Assembly (NCBI GenBank): GCA_047618115.1
Contig: JBLHKV010000001.1
Location: 267 to 64,266, forward strand
DNA length: 64,000 bases
Source: Halieaceae bacterium
Lineage (GTDB): Bacteria > Pseudomonadota > Gammaproteobacteria > Pseudomonadales > Halieaceae
Reading direction: 5' to 3'
Part shown: positions 62,974 to 64,000 of the stretch, one piece after another
How positions within the stretch are numbered: the stretch's first letter is position 1
How the letters are laid out: each line of letters starts with the position of its first letter
Program-made: the position numbers and the translations under genes
Notes under the pieces: model-generated
The model's input: only the letters and a program-made list of their open reading frames with translations
Databases searched by the model: none
Told to the model about the DNA's origin: nothing

Positions 62974-63786
62974 TTATGTGTCTTCACTTTTATCGCCCAG
63001 CTTCTTAATATAGCGGTCGATACCTGCAAGGTAGTCCGGGTTGAGCATCAGCGCACTATTGGCCATGCGCTCCACTTGCCTGGCTTGGGCGAGGCCTACG
63101 TCGTGGGCGAGTTCGATAGCAATCTTGGCGGTACCCATCTGCTCACTGTGTTGCTTGGCGAGGTGGCGACAGAACTCCATGGCTTCTTCTTCGAAAGTTT
63201 CGTCAGCATACACCTCGTGTACCAGACCCATCACGTAGGCCCGATCTGCATCGGCAGGGAGATTCGCCATGATGAGATAACGACTCCAGTGCGTTCCAAT
63301 AATACGTGCCAGGCGGCTAACTCCATTGGACGCAGGCAGAACCCCAAATTTGCCCTCGGGGAAGGCGTAGCTGGCACTCTTTGCAGCCAGACGAAAATCG
63401 CAGGACAGTGACAGTTCTAAACCACCGCCCACACAGGGCCCCTGGTGAGCCACGACGATTGGCTTCTCTATGTGCTCCATCTCATCGTAAATCCGGTGCA
63501 TCCCGTGCAGCCGCAGCCTGTGCTTTTCACGGATAGCCCCACCACTTAGCGCAGGAGCTTCGGGCTCACCCGAGCGGTCGTGAAGATCCGCTCCAGTACA
63601 GAAATAACGACCCGTAGCCCGAATGAGCATAACCTTAAGCGTTGGAGTATCGCGCAACTTGTGCACAGCGTCCTCCAACAAGGCCATGGTTTGCCCACTG
63701 AGCGCATTGAGCTTGTCAGGACGATTCAGGGTGGCGATAAGAATCGCGCCCTCTTCTTCTACCAACAGGTGTGGAGCTTCCGACAT
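62974..63786 (-). CDS. enoyl-CoA hydratase/isomerase (crotonase) family
   Basis: 270 aa. LIRATGRYFCTGADL and QGPCVGGGLELSL. Confidence 0.9.
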   Translation of the reverse strand: MSEAPHLLVEEEGAILIATLNRPDKLNALSGQTMALLEDAVHKLRDTPTLKVMLIRATGRYFCTGADLHDRSGEPEAPALSGGAIREKHRLRLHGMHRIYDEMEHIEKPIVVAHQGPCVGGGLELSLSCDFRLAAKSASYAFPEGKFGVLPASNGVSRLARIIGTHWSRYLIMANLPADADRAYVMGLVHEVYADETFEEEAMEFCRHLAKQHSEQMGTAKIAIELAHDVGLAQARQVERMANSALMLNPDYLAGIDRYIKKLGDKSEDT

Positions 63787-63800
63787 CGTGATTTTCTCCC

Positions 63801-64000
63801 TTAGCCGCGAGTTCTTGGCAGTCCCAGATTGCGCTCGGCAATCTGGCTCCGATGCACCTCGCTGGTGCCGCCGTAAATTGTGGTGCCCTGAGCGTGACGA
63901 TAGGCCAGGTTGAGTTCCCCGGCCGCACCCTCGCGCTTTGCCAGCGAATCCGGTGCCGTCAGGTCCAGCAGATCTCTGGAATCAGATAAAAACTTCTCGG
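63801..64000 (-). CDS. acyl-CoA dehydrogenase, C-terminal end (5' part outside the window)
   Basis: Hand translation of the minus strand ends ..AQGTTIYGGTSEVHRSQIAERNLGLPRTRG-stop (TAA at 63801-63803). This is the canonical ACAD C-terminus. It is not in the track because it is open at the window edge. Confidence 0.8.
   Translation of the reverse strand, partial: EKFLSDSRDLLDLTAPDSLAKREGAAGELNLAYRHAQGTTIYGGTSEVHRSQIAERNLGLPRTRG

Noticed and set aside
1-64000. Search by eye for tRNA/rRNA genes, CRISPR arrays, IS elements, integrases, toxin-antitoxin pairs or defence systems
   Set aside because: None was found. All long ORFs are metabolic, transport or regulatory. No spacer/repeat arrays are present, and no terminal inverted repeats flank any gene. 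Small structured RNAs cannot be excluded without covariance-model searches.

Overview
A gene-dense 64-kb catabolic island from a Gram-negative bacterium, shown by a TonB-dependent receptor, lipoboxes and Sec signal peptides. Hand counts of single 60-nt lines gave 40-60 % G+C. A marine gammaproteobacterial origin is only a low-confidence guess. I support about 58 protein-coding genes. I saw no rRNA, tRNA, CRISPR array, transposase, integrase or phage gene. The content is an oxidative and beta-oxidation toolkit that fits steroid, bile-alcohol or isoprenoid-type lipids:
- two cytochrome P450s plus a P450 remnant, an adrenodoxin-type ferredoxin, a ferredoxin reductase and a Rieske oxygenase
- a KstD-like flavoprotein, 3beta-HSD-like and 3alpha-HSD/CR-like SDRs and five further SDRs
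- two large/small acyl-CoA dehydrogenase pairs plus a partial ACAD, and two crotonases
- a thiolase, a DUF35 + SCPx-type thiolase pair, a family III CoA-transferase, an acyl-CoA ligase and an aldehyde dehydrogenase
- a PQQ dehydrogenase, an MFS transporter and three exported esterase-type hydrolases.
The distinctive layer is a dense sulfate-ester toolkit. It has two exported Cys-type (CxPxR) sulfatases of about 790-800 aa, one lipoprotein MBL-fold alkylsulfatase-like enzyme, and three paralogous cytoplasmic PAPS-type sulfotransferases. Two of the sulfotransferases sit in a recurring triad with a luciferase-like (LLM) oxidoreductase and a xylose-isomerase-like TIM-barrel protein; one triad copy carries a frameshifted TIM-barrel gene. 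The third sulfotransferase is translationally coupled inside a sulfatase / 3beta-HSD-like / sulfotransferase / sulfatase block. Other points worth a second look:
- a single-gene high-G+C island (tannase-like esterase)
- an orphan E2 acyltransferase core
- a perfect 12+12 palindrome in a TetR/oxygenase divergent promoter
- a possible shared operator for the second TetR
- a GATC cluster
- several short tandem duplications in intergenic spacers.
Several start codons were re-called relative to the ORF track, using Shine-Dalgarno (SD) spacing, signal peptides and neighbouring stops. All family assignments come from motif and memory-based reading of the translations; no search was run.
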